Part shown: one piece after another, positions 1 through 14,700 of the stretch
How the letters are laid out: every line of letters starts with the position of its first letter
How positions within the stretch are numbered: position 1 is the stretch's first letter
Origin: Gnetum montanum
Lineage: Eukaryota > Plantae > Gnetophyta
Length of the DNA stretch: 64,000 nucleotides
Direction of reading: 5' to 3'
Assembly (NCBI GenBank): GCA_015680685.1
Contig: MNCI01002112.1
Coordinates: 1 to 64,000 of the forward strand
Notes under the pieces: model-generated
Databases searched by the model: none
Seen by the model: only the letters and a program-made list of their open reading frames with translations
Told to the model about the DNA's origin: nothing
Made by a program: the position numbers and the translations under genes

Positions 1-1582
1 TACTTTTGGTTGTCCCCTGGATTTTCTGCAGTGCCTTTGAAGACGTGCGGGACAGAACACCGAAAAATGCAGATTCTGATTTGGGTTTTGCTTTTCTTCT
101 CTTTTTTTATTATATGCATTCTACGTCCATGGATGTATTGGTGCTGCTGTTATTATCTCCACCTACCCTGGTGCGCCCGCTGCCTGTGCGTTTTGTTTCC
201 CGGCCTTTGCCATTTTTTGAATCGTCTCTGCTGGAAGCCCTTACAACGGAACAAAAAAAAACACAAATTTTCCAACAATGCCCAAACAAATTGTTAACAA
301 AATTGGTAAACAGGGCTGCGATTTTCTACAATTTTTGGAGCAAAATAGGGCCGTGATTTTCTGCAATTTCCATTTGCAGGTATAATATTTTTGTTTTTGG
401 TACGCCTCAGGTCCGCGCCCAGGAATTCCACGGTTCGGTTTGCTGTACTGCATGAGTGAGGGTTTGACATTCGTAGCATCGCGAGCCTCCAAAAACGTAA
501 CCTTAAAATATTTGCATCTTTTGAAATATATTTCATTTTTGGAATGGTAATGGATGTTTGATAATATCCTTGAAATTTCTCAACGCCAATTCTTGCCTCA
601 AAATTACTCCATACCAATCATCTCATTCAACCTTCAATTTACCCCACAAGGTTTTAACATACCAAAACCCCTTGAATATAACTTTGATAGCTCTTGTGAG
701 TTATTAAAACTTACCAAACTCAAACCCTTGAATCTTGCTGTTCCATAAAATGGCCAAATGTGCCAAGAACAACGTAGCGTAGTAGCCACACTTTGTATAA
801 TAGTAATGGCTGCATTACATGTAGCGTAGCAGGACAACCACACCCCATGTAGCATAGTAGAGTGGTAGGTACAATAGATGCAATAGTACAACACGTGTAA
901 AAATATGACAAGTACAACAAGCACAACATGTAATAGTCATGCCAATGTACCTAGAAAAACACTCTAACAGCATGGCAGTGTAGTCAACTTTTAACAATGT
1001 AGCAGTGTGATAGATCACCAACATAATGAATTAATGGGCCTGTCAATATAACAACATAGCGTAACAGGAACTAAAATGTAACAATCTAATAGTGCTAATG
1101 ACTAGAACAATGTGGTCTATGAAAAAGAACTCATAACATTCCCTTTATCTTAGTCCTACCCCATCATGTGAAACATAGTGAAGTAAAACACATACACAAC
1201 AAACTCCCCCCTTTACTCATGCTATGCTATGCCAGGCATGTGCTATGCTACCCTGAAACTTCATAAATAAAAAACCCCTTCTAAGGGCGGTATGCTATGC
1301 TGAGTGTGTGCTACATTGCCTAGAACTACCCAAACCCCTAATATAGTGTAGTGACCATTCTTAACAATGGTGGCCGAGGCAGTATCATGTGTAGCTGTAA
1401 TGTAGCAACCGCCATGGCCACTGTGGCCAAAGTGTCAATAGCCATTGTGCTGTGGCCAAAACGACAACAAAAACAATGACAACAATTGTAGCAATGATAA
1501 CCATGATGGAAAAAATAGTAACAATAATGGTAATCTAACCTAATATATCACATAACAAAAATGAGGGTAGATAGCAACTTAC

Positions 1583-1701
1583 CGAGTAGATAGAGCCTCT
1601 TCCCGCTCCTCAACACGTACCTTAGAGAGGCATCCCAGAGTGTGCTTCACTTTGTCAACTTTGGCAAGTCCTTGATGCCTGTGTTCGCTTTTGCATGTCA
1701 T
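1583..1701 (-). pseudogene. Exon 1 of the antisense accessory gene in copy E
   Basis: 119 nt ATG...CG|GTAAG, same length and phase as exon 1 in D, A and B; TATAAATA upstream at 1833-1840 (minus). Confidence 0.75.
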
Positions 1702-2429
1702 TTCCTTGTTCACAAATTGGCTGTATCAATTGCTACGCTACACTTATTACGCTCTCTTGCAACTTGACCATGCTATGCTCTAGGTGTTGGATCTAACATT
1801 GAAAATGAAAATTTTACTAGGGGGTAATCCCCTATTTATAGCCAACGTGGTAAAAACAACTGTTAATGTCATGTCCCGAATAATGTGGAATACCCTTGCA
1901 GCATAGCACTACTATAGCATGGTATGTCCTTGGTACGGTGTAGCACTTAGCTGTAGTGTAGCAATTGGGTCCATCAAAATTTTTGACTTTATCTTTAAAA
2001 ATTTTACATTATTTACAGTCTTCCATGACCTTAAACTAAAAATTTTAGCATTCATTTTACATTTTAGACCAAATAATAGTCCTCCATGACCTTAATATGG
2101 CAATTTTAACATTCATATTACATTTTAGACTCGGTGATGGTCTGCTATGACCTTAAACTAGAAACTTTAACTCATAATATTACATGGTTACGGTTCACTA
2201 AGACCTTAAATTGGCAATTTCAATTTACAAATTTTTCATAGTGGTGGTCCGCTAAGACCTTAAACTGGAAACTATCTTATGTTGCATTATTTCTTTACAT
2301 ATATTCATTATATGTTGTTGCTTCAAATAGGTATCACTTGACTTGGTATTTTTGCTTATTGCAATAGTTCTAATTGAAAAATGGCTATGCATGATGATCT
2401 TTGTTCCCCTTTGACCTTGACGAGTCCCT

Positions 2430-5400
2430 ATGGTAGATTTACAAGATGCTTGAATCTAGAATTGGTAGACTTTGAATTATCCTCTTGTGACATTCATGTA
2501 GCATCCTTAGAAGCACCCATGGACTAGCCCAAACATCTGGTCCAGGCCTTAGACCTAGAGGCTAGGGATGTGACTAAGGACACTCTTATTGAAATCCCTA
2601 TAACTACCTCTAGAGGTGAAGAAAAAACCCTGAAAGTTAGCTTCCTATTACATCCATAGGTACATCAAAAGATCTCGAAAGTGCTCAATGACAATGTTAA
2701 AGTGTTTGCATGGTCATATGATGACATGTTGGGCCTAGACCTGCGGCTCATATAACACAACATTATCCTAGATCCATGTGTCAAGGTAGTCAAGAAAAAG
2801 GCTTGGAAAATCAAACCAGAAATCGCACTAGCTGTACACAATGAAATCACTAATCTTTATCAAGCTAGTTTCATTCAGGCCATTGATTACTCAAAATGGG
2901 TATCAAACATCATTGTAGTTTCTAAGAAAATGGGAGTTATATGGATTTGTATAGAATTTTGAGACCTGAACAAAGCAACGATTAAGGATAACTTTCCATT
3001 GCCAAGTATTGATCAACTTATCGACACTATGATTAGTCATGCCTTACTATCCTTCATGGATGGGTTCACGAGCTATAACCAGATCTATATAAACCTGAAG
3101 CATCAATTGGAAACCACCTTCATGACCCCTTGGAGAACCTTTTGCTACATAATGATGCCCTTTGGACTAAAAAATGCTAGAGCAACCTATCAACGAGCGA
3201 TGACATACATTTTTAGCGATTACCTTAAAGAGATTAAATGATTACGTTGATGACATAGCAGTCAAGTCTAAGGAATCTAATGATCATTCCAACGATCTCA
3301 ATATAGTCCTCTAATGTTTTCATAGGCATGACATTTGCCTCAAACCCAAGAAATGTGTTTTTGTAGTCCAAACTAGATGCATGTTAGGTTTTGTAGTGTT
3401 GGAAATAGGCATACGAGTGGACCTCGATAAGGTGAGGGCCATCATCAACTTAGCATTGACTACAAACCTTAAAGAGTTGTGTAGGTTACAAGGTAGAGTA
3501 TAGTTTATCAGAAGGTTTATCATGAGGTTGACAAACAAACTACACCCCATGCAACAACTGCTTAAGAAGGGGGTCAACTTCGAGTGGACAGAAAAATGTC
3601 AAAAAGCCTTTGATAATCTAAAGAAAGAGCTTTTGCATCTCCCAACATTTTACCCAACATAGAGGGATAGGCCTTTCTACATCCACCTTGCCACATTGGA
3701 CACATCTATTGCTACATTGCTATGTCAAAAAAGAGATGACGGGTCTGAAATCCTGGTCTATTACTTAAGCCATGCATTAATAGTGTACAAGGCAAAGTAC
3801 AATAAGGTAGAAAAATATTATCTCGCCATAGTATTTATGCTTAAAAAGTGGAGACATTAATTATTTTGTAGCAAAGTTAACATCATATGTAAAAGCAACA
3901 TACTTTGGGCTATGACAACTAACTTATACAAGAGAAGTAGGATAGCCTAATAGAAAGGTATAACGATGGAAGTCAATTTACATTATTTAGCACAATTATC
4001 AACAAAGGGTCAAGAAATAGCCACACAGCTTACAACTTCACCTGTTGACAATCAGGAAATAATAGAACCCAAATTCTTGGATGAGCATATCAATAGCTCA
4101 AGCTTTGTACCATCTGATTTAAAAGGAAGTTTACATTTTGATGTGGCTTCAACTACACGATGTGGTAAAGCAGCTGTAATTCTTACATTTCCCTCCAGGG
4201 AAATTTGACCCTTTACATATTGTTTTACATTCCTTTGCACGAACAACATAGCTGAGTACATAGGACTCCTTAGGGGTCTTCTAGCAGCTCAAGAGCTAAA
4301 GATCCAACATTTGGCAATCCGGGGTAACTCGAAATTAGTTGTTAACTAGATAACTAAATTCTATGCTTGCAAGGCTTTGCATTTGCAACCTTATTGTGAC
4401 TTATCTAAGAATTTACTAAAGAAGTTCACAACGTTAGACATTCAACATGTGCCTCGTAATAAGAACACTGTAGTAGATGCGTTAGCCACATTAGCATTAA
4501 ATGTGTCATCATGCTTGTTTGCGACCTTGCCTGCTCAGTAATATAATGCACAGATCCTATTACTCAAGTAGCACACATCGCATCTATCAGTGCAATAGAT
4601 GCCCAAGAGTGGTATGCCAACATTAAAGCTTACTTGCAACATGGCAAAACCCCACATAGCTTGACATCAGCCCAAAAGGATCGATACGAAAGTGAGCCTG
4701 GTAGTATGTCCTTATAGGAGATAACACCTTATGCAAACACTCCTTTGATGGGATACTGCTATCTTGCATTAGTGGGGAAGAAGCACAAAAAATTGTTAAC
4801 GAAGTCCATGAGGGACTATGTGGGGGACACATAGCCCCTAGGGCTATGGCAGCAAAAATCAAATGCTTAGGGTACTATTGGCCTTGCATAGAACAAGATT
4901 TCCATGCCAAAGTTGGGACGTGTGATGTATGTCAATGCCATGCAAACCTTATACATGTGTCACCTTCCGAATTACATCCTACATAGATCACGTGGCCACT
5001 TAAATGTTGGGGACTAGATATCATAGGACCCATCACACCTAAGTCTTCTACAAGACATTGCTTCATTATCACCACAACTGAATAATTCACAAAGTGGGTA
5101 GAGGCTATTTCCCTAAGAAAGACCACATCTCAATAGGTTTTCCACTTTATCTTGGATAACATAGTAACAAGGTTTGGTCTTCCCATGACGATTGTGTCAG
5201 AAAAAGGGCCACAATTTAGTAGGAAAAAAACCAAAATATTGTGCAACAACCTTGGCATCAAACATTCTTTTTCATCGCCATACTACCCCTAGGCAAACTA
5301 GTAGGTAGAGGAAACCAAAAAGGTCATCATTAACTTGTTGAAAAATATGCTTAGCACCAGCAAAAAGTGATGGCATGAGCAAATACTTTACGTGTTGTGG

Positions 5401-5780
5401 GCTTACCTTACGACATGAAGAACAACTATAGGTAAGACTCCTTATAGTCTCATTTACAGATCTGAAGTGGTGTTACCTCTTAAATTGCAGGTTCCATCAC
5501 TTTGGATGATTCTCTCAAACATTGTGGATGAGACTCAAAACAATGAGTCAAGGATCACTGATCTTGACTCCGTAGAGGAGGAGCATGCCCAAATACTCAG
5601 TCACATTGAATGGTACCAAGACAAGAAATGGCAAAATCATCACTGCAACTTACATTAACGATCGATTAAAAAGGAGGACTTGGTCCTCAAGGTTGTTCGT
5701 GAGCCAGTGAGCAAATTCTCAATCAACTAGGAAGGCCATTTCATAGTCACAAAAGCCTATGAAAATGAGGCATTCAAGCA
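2430..5780 (+). pseudogene. pol: Degenerate pol (RT-RH-aRH-INT) of copy E
   Basis: ORF fragments MPSIDQLID...MPFGLKNARATYQRAM, LHFDVASTT and VLPLKLQVPSL, homologous to copy D pol. Confidence 0.92.
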
Positions 5781-5784
5781 CATC

Positions 5785-5965
5785 TTTAGGCCATGACATA
5801 AAACTAGCACTCACAACATGGTCCGCTATGACCTTAAACTAGCCATCCACCATCCGCTACGGTGTTAAACTAGCATAGTGGTCTACTAGGACCTTAAACT
5901 TGCATATCATGGTTTGATGGGATCTTAAAATAGCACACTTGATAGTCTACCAAGATTCTAAACTG
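5785..5965 (+). repeat. 3' UTR tandem array of copy E
   Basis: GGTCCGCTATGACCTTAAACTAGCA-like units. Confidence 0.8.
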
Positions 5966-7400
5966 GGTTTGTAGTGAAACACTTCCCAGTGCACACATGT
6001 GACTCTTGTAAACAAGTGAGCGTGCACACTTTCAAAACTCATGAACAACCCAGGGTGGGATGTTGTAGTTCTAGAATGAAGTTCGCATTGCTAAGGAAAC
6101 ATCCTCTAGAACACATGCAGCGTCACTACCCTTGGTATCTTTTTGATCTTTTGAAGATGTTTTTTGACATCTTGCTGACCTTCCAGAGCTACTTCTACCA
6201 TAGCTAATCATCCTAGGAATAGCTTTTGCCATCAACATCTGCTGCTGGAGTCCTAGCACTATTATGGCCTAGCCACAATGTTTGCATCCTCCAACCCTTT
6301 CCATCATCTGAGTTACAAAGGCATTTAGCTATTAGGCTTCTCCCCTTGTAGCTGGACTGCATGATGTTTGCCTTGGGCGAGGAATCGTGAGCACCTATGT
6401 CATCACCATTCCTAGTCTCTTTGGTGCCATCCTTTCCAACCTGCTATTGCTAGAATCTATGTTGGCCTTCCTACTTTGGACATCATGCACTTCAGAGACA
6501 ACACTTTCCACTCTAGTAGTGTTCAAAATAGGCAAGACTTTCCCCTTACTTCACTTGATGGTCATTTTTCTAGTTTTCTCTTTGTTGTGTTTATAGGATA
6601 AAAGCCAAGATGGCATTGTCCAGAGATGTGCTTCACCACAAGAGCAAGGCACTACATTGTTCTAAAGTGATTGCTATGATTAGCCCAGCTACTTGGAAGT
6701 ACACTCCCTGCTCTCTGCTTTAGCAAATTTATCCTCCATTCCCTATACTTGTAATTTTTTGCATCCTCTTTACAATTTTTCCCAATACATAAAGCCCTTT
6801 CACATGCCCAATCGCCAAGTCCATGGTGGACATAATGCAACTCATCCCATGGCAAGCCTCTATAGGTAGGTTAAAGCCCCACATGGATGTAACAAAACTC
6901 ATCTTAGGGAGGACTAACCTATCTTGCAACAACGACAAGGTTGTCTACAAGTGAATGTGGGTGTACAACAAAAAAAAGAGCAAAAAGCTAAAAAAAAAAA
7001 GAGATAAGTGCCTAAAATAAATGACACAGTAGCTAATTTACACTCACTTTGACCATAAATTGACCATCTCTACGTATCCCAGTGAGAGGTCAAAGGCCAA
7101 TACAAAAAGACACCCATACATGTTGACTCCCTCATAAGCACTCCAATGAGGGATCATGCTATGGAAACAGATTTTCAAAGCATTGCATTTTACATTCATT
7201 TCTTCCTTGAACCTATTTCCCCAAAATCCATCTCTTGGTCCCTTACCTTACAATCACTATCCTAGTACTTTCAAATGTAGCGAAGCATGGTCCAAGTGGG
7301 CACTAAAGAGCAGTGTTGCTATCTTGTTCTTCATGGTGTTTCATATTCTTTTTCAACATCTCTTAGGAAAATCCTCCAGACATCAACAAAGAGGGCCCAT

Positions 7401-9627
7401 TGAAACACCATAAATTTTAGGATTCTAATGATTAATCACAATCCCAAAATTTTGGCAAGGGTCATTGCAAGCACAGCTTCATGATGGATCCTATAGATAA
7501 TGTGGCATATCGGAAGTCCTAGTACTTCTAGAGTTACTTTTGAGCTTTCCTGCCAACCTCTACAGTACAATCAACATAGCACCCAACCATAAGGATAGTT
7601 TGAATGAAAGAGGCACCAAGGGTGGACCATACAGTCTAGAAAATTTTCTAACACCCAGGCTAACAAGCTTGCTACACCCTCTAGCTTGCCCAGCTTGACA
7701 CTTGACCCGGCTGATGCTCTACCTAGGGACCATGATAGCAATTGTTGAAGGTGTTTGGGATGAGTTAAATGGTACAGCAAGTTTTCTAACTATGATACCT
7801 ACTATGCTATGCTACGTTGCACAGCGTAATAGGCCTTGGGAAGACTGATCGGGTACCCAAGATGCAGATTGAAAATGACTTAGTCCTCCAGGATATATGC
7901 CCCACATCATCCTTGATGCATGAGCAATGTAACACAGTAAAAATATGGAAAATTTCGTCAAGAATCTTCTTCATTTTAGTGCTATGCTATGCAACATAGC
8001 ACAATGTAGTAGAGATGTACTTTGAAATTACTCATACTCAAATGACTCTGATGGAGTAAGAATATTTTCCCATGCTTCAACTGTCAAATAGGTTTGCTCT
8101 ACTACCATGCCAAGACATGATTGACATTCTATGAAAAAATGTTTGCAAAGTAAGTCAGAATTTGAGCCAAACTAGGTGCTAGGTTGTGCTACGCTACGCA
8201 GCGTAGCATAGCATAGTAGGGTCAGAATGCACAAAGGTCCTCTACCAAGTGGTTCCTAGAAAAGGGACTGCACTTGGCCATATTCAGACCTCCAGGACTA
8301 CTTTTCCCACTTTTCCCTTGGGCCCTAAGCAAAGTCTCTTAACAAAGAATTATAGATCAAATAGGAATCCATGTCACATTAGCTACTACACTATGTTACC
8401 CTACGTAGCGTAGCATGATGTAGAAAGGACACAAAGCATAAAAGTGTTCCAAAGATGAACTTCGTAGGTCCCAGGACCTTTTAGCATGAAAGAAAGGGTT
8501 GCACTTGCTTACCTAGCTAGGCTTCAAATAGGTATTTTTTTTGCTTTCAGGCAAGATTCCTCTCAAGACTAACAACTACACTACGCTATGCTAGACAGCG
8601 TAATGCAATGTAGCATGCGAGTGTTTATATTGCGCTCATATGATGGGTAGCATAAGTAGTGTAACACTCATGTGAAAGCCTTAGAGCATCTTCAGTTAGC
8701 CCCAGAACTTGTTGGTAATGGTCACTCCCATCTTGTCATTTCTTCAACGAATAGAATTAGCAAGTTTGATTTATTTTGCACCCCCAATTATTCCCAAATT
8801 TTTCCCTATGCTTGACAATGCTCACAAGAGTAGGGAAGATGTAATCTTGGAGCACATGCTCCACTTTACATTTATTTTTGGAATTCATTGCAAAGACATG
8901 GTAGTTCCCTAGATTTTGGCACATGTAGTTTAAGTAGTATGGTCACAATGTAGCAAGTTTCACATCCAACATTACACAACAACATACCATAATCATGTTT
9001 GCACTCTATGGGACCCAGGACACATGGCATCTAATCCATGTTTCTCTCCCACATCTAACTCTATAAATACCTCAGTGAACAACGTTCAAAGGGTAGAGAA
9101 TCACCTTTTCTAGTAGTTGGCTTCGAGGATTGACATTTGGAATTTTGGCATTTTGGTTGTTTGGCAATTAGCTTTGGCAAAGACACTGGCGAGTAGAAGG
9201 TTCCTATTAGCAAGCTATTGACATCAGTTCAAGGAGCTGTGACCATACCCCTTTATTGTAATCTATGCCTATCCACACTGTGCATTAGTTGCACACCTTC
9301 AACCAAACAAAGATCAGATTCCCCGATCTTGGGATGGTGCACTTTCTCACTCAAGCTTGTTTCATTTCATTTTACTATTATCATATTTTGCATTATTCTC
9401 TAGCAGTTTATGTTTTTTGCTTATCTCTTAAGTTAAACATAACATCTCTAAAACAAACATTTACAAAAGGTTATTGTACACTAATTAAGTCCCTATCTAA
9501 TTGACCAGACTATTTAGGGCACCCGCTTCCATTTTTTCTCTAGCATAGCCCTCACATGGATCCGGGATTAGGCTATATGCCCGGTGACCTCTCGGTGTTC
9601 TAGCCACCAATGTTTTTGGTCGCTATA
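7401..9627 (+). repeat. 3' LTR of copy E (~2.2 kb)
   Basis: TGAAACACCA after PPT; TATAAATA at ~9062; ends GGTCGCTATA (TACA with C>T); U5 block shared with the other LTRs. Confidence 0.85.
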
Positions 9628-10304
9628 AGGAGGAGGAAGGGGGTGGGCTTTCATTTTTCAGTAGGAAGGTAGTTGGCACTTTGGCATATTGGCACTTAGC
9701 TTCATTGGTGAACGAAATCCAGAGCAGCCCACACTGACACTAGCAGAAAGACACACCTACACTACATGGTACACTACAGTCCAATTGCAACTCAGTAGAA
9801 CCTCACATGGTACACTGTGGCTACCTACCTAGGAGGCACAGTTCAACATAGTGAGCACTAGACTTCATAGCCTGACACCACCGAGGTTGTGATTGTGCTC
9901 CCACTGCTCCTATTGTACATTATGTATACCTTTGTGAATTAGCTATGCCCCCTCTTTTGGTGTAGTGCATATTCTTACTCAAACTCTCTTTTTATCTTAT
10001 TATAGCATTTACTTTGCATTATCAAGTGTTTGATCATGTCTACTATCTTGGTTACGCTCTTTGATATGTGTCTACTATTGTGCATCCCACATTTTCTTTC
10101 ATTTCAACCATTTCATGTTACGTTTCAAAGTGACTACTCTCAAAAGGTTATTTGACACCTTGTAAGTCCTTGTCTAATTGACCAGATTGTTCAAGGCATC
10201 CCATTTCTATTTTTCTCTAGCACAACCCTCACACAAATTCAGGATTAGGCTGTACACTTGATAACCTCTCGGTGTTCCAACCATCGACACTTTTGGACGT
10301 CACA
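9628..10304 (+). repeat. 3' part of another LTR (F), interrupted by copy E and itself inserted in the 3' UTR of copy A
   Basis: Family U5 block (TTTTCTCTAGCACAACCCTCACAC...), ends GACGTCACA; following sequence matches copy B 3' UTR at ~25355. Confidence 0.75.
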
Positions 10305-11259
10305 AGTTCTATGGTTAACTAAAAGAAGGGTGCCATGTGCATCATAGAATCTAGCAAGGAAGGTGGGAAAATGTAAGGTAAAGGAGTAAATGCAAGTAGG
10401 TTATGGTGAGGTAAGAGGAATGTGCAGTCTTGAGTGGCTTTGTGAGTCCAATTAGGCACATCGGAGTAATGTGGTGACTTGCTCTTGCGATGAAACACAT
10501 TTTTGAATGATTGCCTCTAAGGATTCATCCTACAAACACAATGTAGAGGAGATAAGAAAACAACAACACAACATGTGAGATAAGAGCAAACTGCTAGTTG
10601 TGAGGGCATTGTAAGCACTGTAAGTGCTGGACTAGTCGCAAGAGCTTGCAGTGCCAAAGTAGGAAGGTCAGTGTAGGTGCTGGAGCCAAAAAGCTACAAA
10701 AGCACTAATAACCATACACCAGAAGTGAGCACCCAAAAGAGGCCTACAAGATGGTTGAGGGTGACTGCAATCTAGGTACTTGGGAAACCACACCAAGGAT
10801 AGGAACTTGGAAACCTAGAAAAATGATGGGAAGCTAAGTTGCTAGATGTGGTTCCAAGCCCAGGCAATGGTGAAGGCTAGAGGATAGTAGTGCTATGGCT
10901 AGGCCATAGTACTACTGGGACTTTAGTGGGTGGTGCTGATAGTGAGAGCTCTAATCAATACTGAAACACCCAATGCTAGTAGTGTTGTTGGCATGGCTTG
11001 GGGGTGGTACGAATAGAAATGGTAGTATCTCTAGAAGGTCAGCAAAATGCTTGAGGGCATCAATGGAGGATCATTAAAATGCTAAGGATGGTAACACTGC
11101 AAGATGTTCTAGAGGCTTTTTCTTTACAATGTGAACTTCATTCTAAAACTATAGCACCCCACCCCACCTTTCTCATGAGGTGTAGGATTAAAAGTATTTG
11201 TGCTTGCTTCTCTACAGAACTATAATTGTTGAGTTGTGTGTGCTAAACTACAAACCTAG

Positions 11260-11710
11260 TTTAAGGTCTGGGTAGCCCACATGCTATGCTAGTTTAAGGT
11301 TCTAGCAGATCATGGACCTAGTTTAAGGTCCTGGAAGACCATGATGTGCTAGTTTATAGTCTTAATAGACTACTATGTGCTATTTTAGCATCATAGTGGA
11401 TGTTGGATGTTGTGCTAGGTTAATGTTATGATGCAAGGATGCGTTGTGCTAGTTTATTTTCATAGTAGACTTGTTATGCTAGTTTATAGTTCTAGTGGAC
11501 TACTCTATGGGTGCCAATTTTAGTGTCATGGCCCAAAGATGATTTACCCTAGTTTATATTCATAGTGGACTTATTGTGAAAATTTAACATGATAGCGAAT
11601 GGGTGTGCAGTGGATGCTAGTTTAATATCGTAGTCCAAGGATGCTCTGTGTCAATTTAAAATCATAGTGGACTTATTGTGCTAGTTTAATGTCATAGTGG
11701 ATGCTTACTT
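11260..11710 (-). repeat. 3' UTR tandem array of copy A
   Basis: TGCTAGTTTAAGGTC/ATGTCATAGTGGA units. Confidence 0.82.
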
Positions 11711-11769
11711 ACCTTGCTTTGTCATTGATGTAGCATTACATACTAGGCATAGTATGGCTTCAAGTATGA

Positions 11770-14700
11770 ATGGTTGATCAAATTGGAAAACTCATTGCTA
11801 TCTAGATTAGCAAGCTTGAATGCTCTGTTGTCATAGGCCTTGGTAACTAAGAAAGGCCATTTCTAGTTGCCTAAGAATTTATTTGTAGGTTCATGGATGG
11901 CCTTGAGAACCAAGTTCCCTTTGTTGATTAGGTGTTGATGTTGATTTTGATGATGCTTTTGCTATTTGATTTTCTTAATACCATTGGATCCAATCAATTT
12001 TCTACATGTTCTTTTCCTCTATAGAGTTGAGGTTAATGATTCTCAACTCATTGTTTTGAGCCTTGTCAATGAAGCTTGAGAGGATCATGTAGAGTGATGG
12101 GACCTACAATTTAGAAGGTAAAATTTCTTTAAACTCATACACAAGGCTATATGATGTTTCACCTATTTCTATTCTGCTTGTTGTGTTCTAGGTCCATAAT
12201 GCATAGAGTAGCTGCTTGTGCCATTGCTGTTTGCTATTGCTAAGCATCTTCTTTAGAAAGCTAATGATGACTTTGTTTGTAGCCTCTACTTAGCTGAAAC
12301 AACCTAAAAATGTAGGGTCATCCTTGCTTCACCAGGCTCTTGCAGTTTATGTAGCACTATGGAAATTCATCGGGAAGAGAGCGTTCTAAGTCTAGGTTGG
12401 CCAGTTTGATAAATTTTCTAGTTTGAACATGGACAGGTTTTGTACCATCCTGCCCACCCACCAAAGTAGCCTAAATAGCCAGTAGCCTACTTAGAAATAG
12501 TGTGCGGAATTGGCAGTAGCATTCGGGATGCGCAAGAAATAGTTCTACAATATTTCTAAGTCACGAAGCCTACTACACTACGCTATGTTATGTAGTGTAG
12601 CAAGCTTCAGAAGACGATGGCAGAATGAAATGCTACGCTACGCGACATCACAGAACATAGCATGGCAATGACTTCACTACTCACTCCCCTCGTCCAATTT
12701 CAAGTTCTGTAGTGATGTCCCTTTCTATTAGGAAGTGGCGGGCCATGTCTGCTACTACGCTACATTGAGCTACATGGCACAGCAAGGTGTAGCAATCCTG
12801 TGGAAGAGATAGAAGGTAGTTCGAAAGGCAGAGTCAACGAAGTTCTCAAGACTTGCATCGCAGGAGACAAGGTTTGCAAATCAGCAAAGATTTTGTGACT
12901 AAGGAAAGTTGCTATGCTACGCTACACTACGTAGTGTAGTAAGCATGTGAAATAGATCAGAACGTGCAACAGAGTGCTATGCTATGCCAAGCATGCTACG
13001 TCACAAAGCATAACAAGGCATACAGGTGGTTGTGCGACATCAATGTACTTCACCTAATTAGACCATTGGCACACATCTCCAAACATTGATAGTGCAATTA
13101 TGGCATAGTAGGATTGTAGTTATTGCATAAAAATATACATCGCAATGGTCTTGTAGGTCCAACGGTCACAAACAACACGAGTGGCGCCAGCAAGAAAACC
13201 AAGGCCTAAGGCACGTAACATTCAAACCACCCCTTTCGCACACCCTTGGTCTTATAAATACCCTGGCAAAAAGCATGGAAAGAGGTTCACATTTTTTAAA
13301 AATTTGGTAGTTTTAAAAGAGTTCGCATCTTTCTTGAAGAAGACAACTTCCAAGTGGTGGGAAGTTTGAAATTCTGAAACAAAGATTTCCCCTCTCTCCA
13401 GCATTGTAAGATCAAAGTCATCTATCTAACATTGTAAATAGTGAGTCTCTCTCAGCTAGTGTGAGGTCCCTGTCTCCATTCTACCACCTTGGTAGAACCT
13501 CACATTGTTCGTACATGAGTCTGCATCCAAGCACATAGCTCTTTTTGCTTGGCACACCTTGGTTACCCTCGGGATTTCTGCACTCCGTCATGCTATGTAG
13601 CCGATTGTATCCACCCTAACCAAACGAGTTTGTAGCTTTGGAGTGGTGCATGTTTCTAACCATACATTACTTTATCTCTCATTTGTTTTCTTGATTTTGC
13701 ATTATTTTCTATCTTATTTACCTTTAAGAATTACTTTGTATTACTGTCGCATTTTTACAGTTTCTTCCGTACTTCATTTACCCTTAAGCATTATCTCGCA
13801 TTTCACATTATTTACATTGCAAAAGGGTATATTGATGCTGATGTAAGTTCCTATCTGATCGACCAGACCATTCAGGGCACCCCATGTCAACACACACCTG
13901 GCACGGCCCTCCCCCGGATACAGGGTTGGAATTGTTGCGCCCATCAACCCCCGGTGTTCTTCCAGCCACCAAAATTTTCGGTCACTACATTAGCCATTTT
14001 ACTATCGGTAATATGGCATTGAAAAGGAATGCTTAATGTGAAGGTGTTCACAGAAGTCTTTGGTTTCTGCACTACTAAACTACAGCCCATTATCTGTGAC
14101 TATAGTCATAGGTAGACCAAAGTAGGTCACTATGTTGTCAAGGATGAATTTGCAAGCCTATTGTAATGTTTTCTTCCTAAGGGGAATAGTTTCAATCCTC
14201 TTGGTAATGTATTTGGTCACAATTATAATGAAGCTATGTCTTGCAGAAGACTTAGTTGTTATAGGTCCTATGATATCCAACCCCTAATGTTGGAATGGCC
14301 ATGTGATCTACATGATATGCAATTCAATGGATGACACATGCATTAAATTTTCATGTTGTTGACACACATTACATGTCTTGACCTTGGAGATGCAATTGCA
14401 TTCCATGTAAGGCCAATAGTAGCCTAAGTATCTAATTTTTGATGCCATTGCCCTAGGCGCTATGTGACCTTTACACAATCTCTCATGAACTTGATCAATG
14501 ATTGTTTGTGCTTCATTATTGCTAACATAGGTTAGTAGTATGGCCTTGTAGGATTTGAAACATGGTGTGTTATCACCTATGAGGATGTACTATCATGACT
14601 GTTTTCACATTGCATCCTTTTCAGTAGTAGTTAAATGTTGCAGAGGCTCACCCTATCAAAGATATGACTTGATGTTGTCATACCATTCTTGTGCATGAGT

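Larger units (their letters stand above)
540..9627 (+). mobile_element. Partial Tat/Ogre-like element (copy E): spacer, pol, 3' UTR, 3' LTR; left boundary approximate
   Basis: Degenerate RT/RH/aRH/INT 2430-5780, PPT ~7388-7395, LTR from 7401. Confidence 0.88.
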
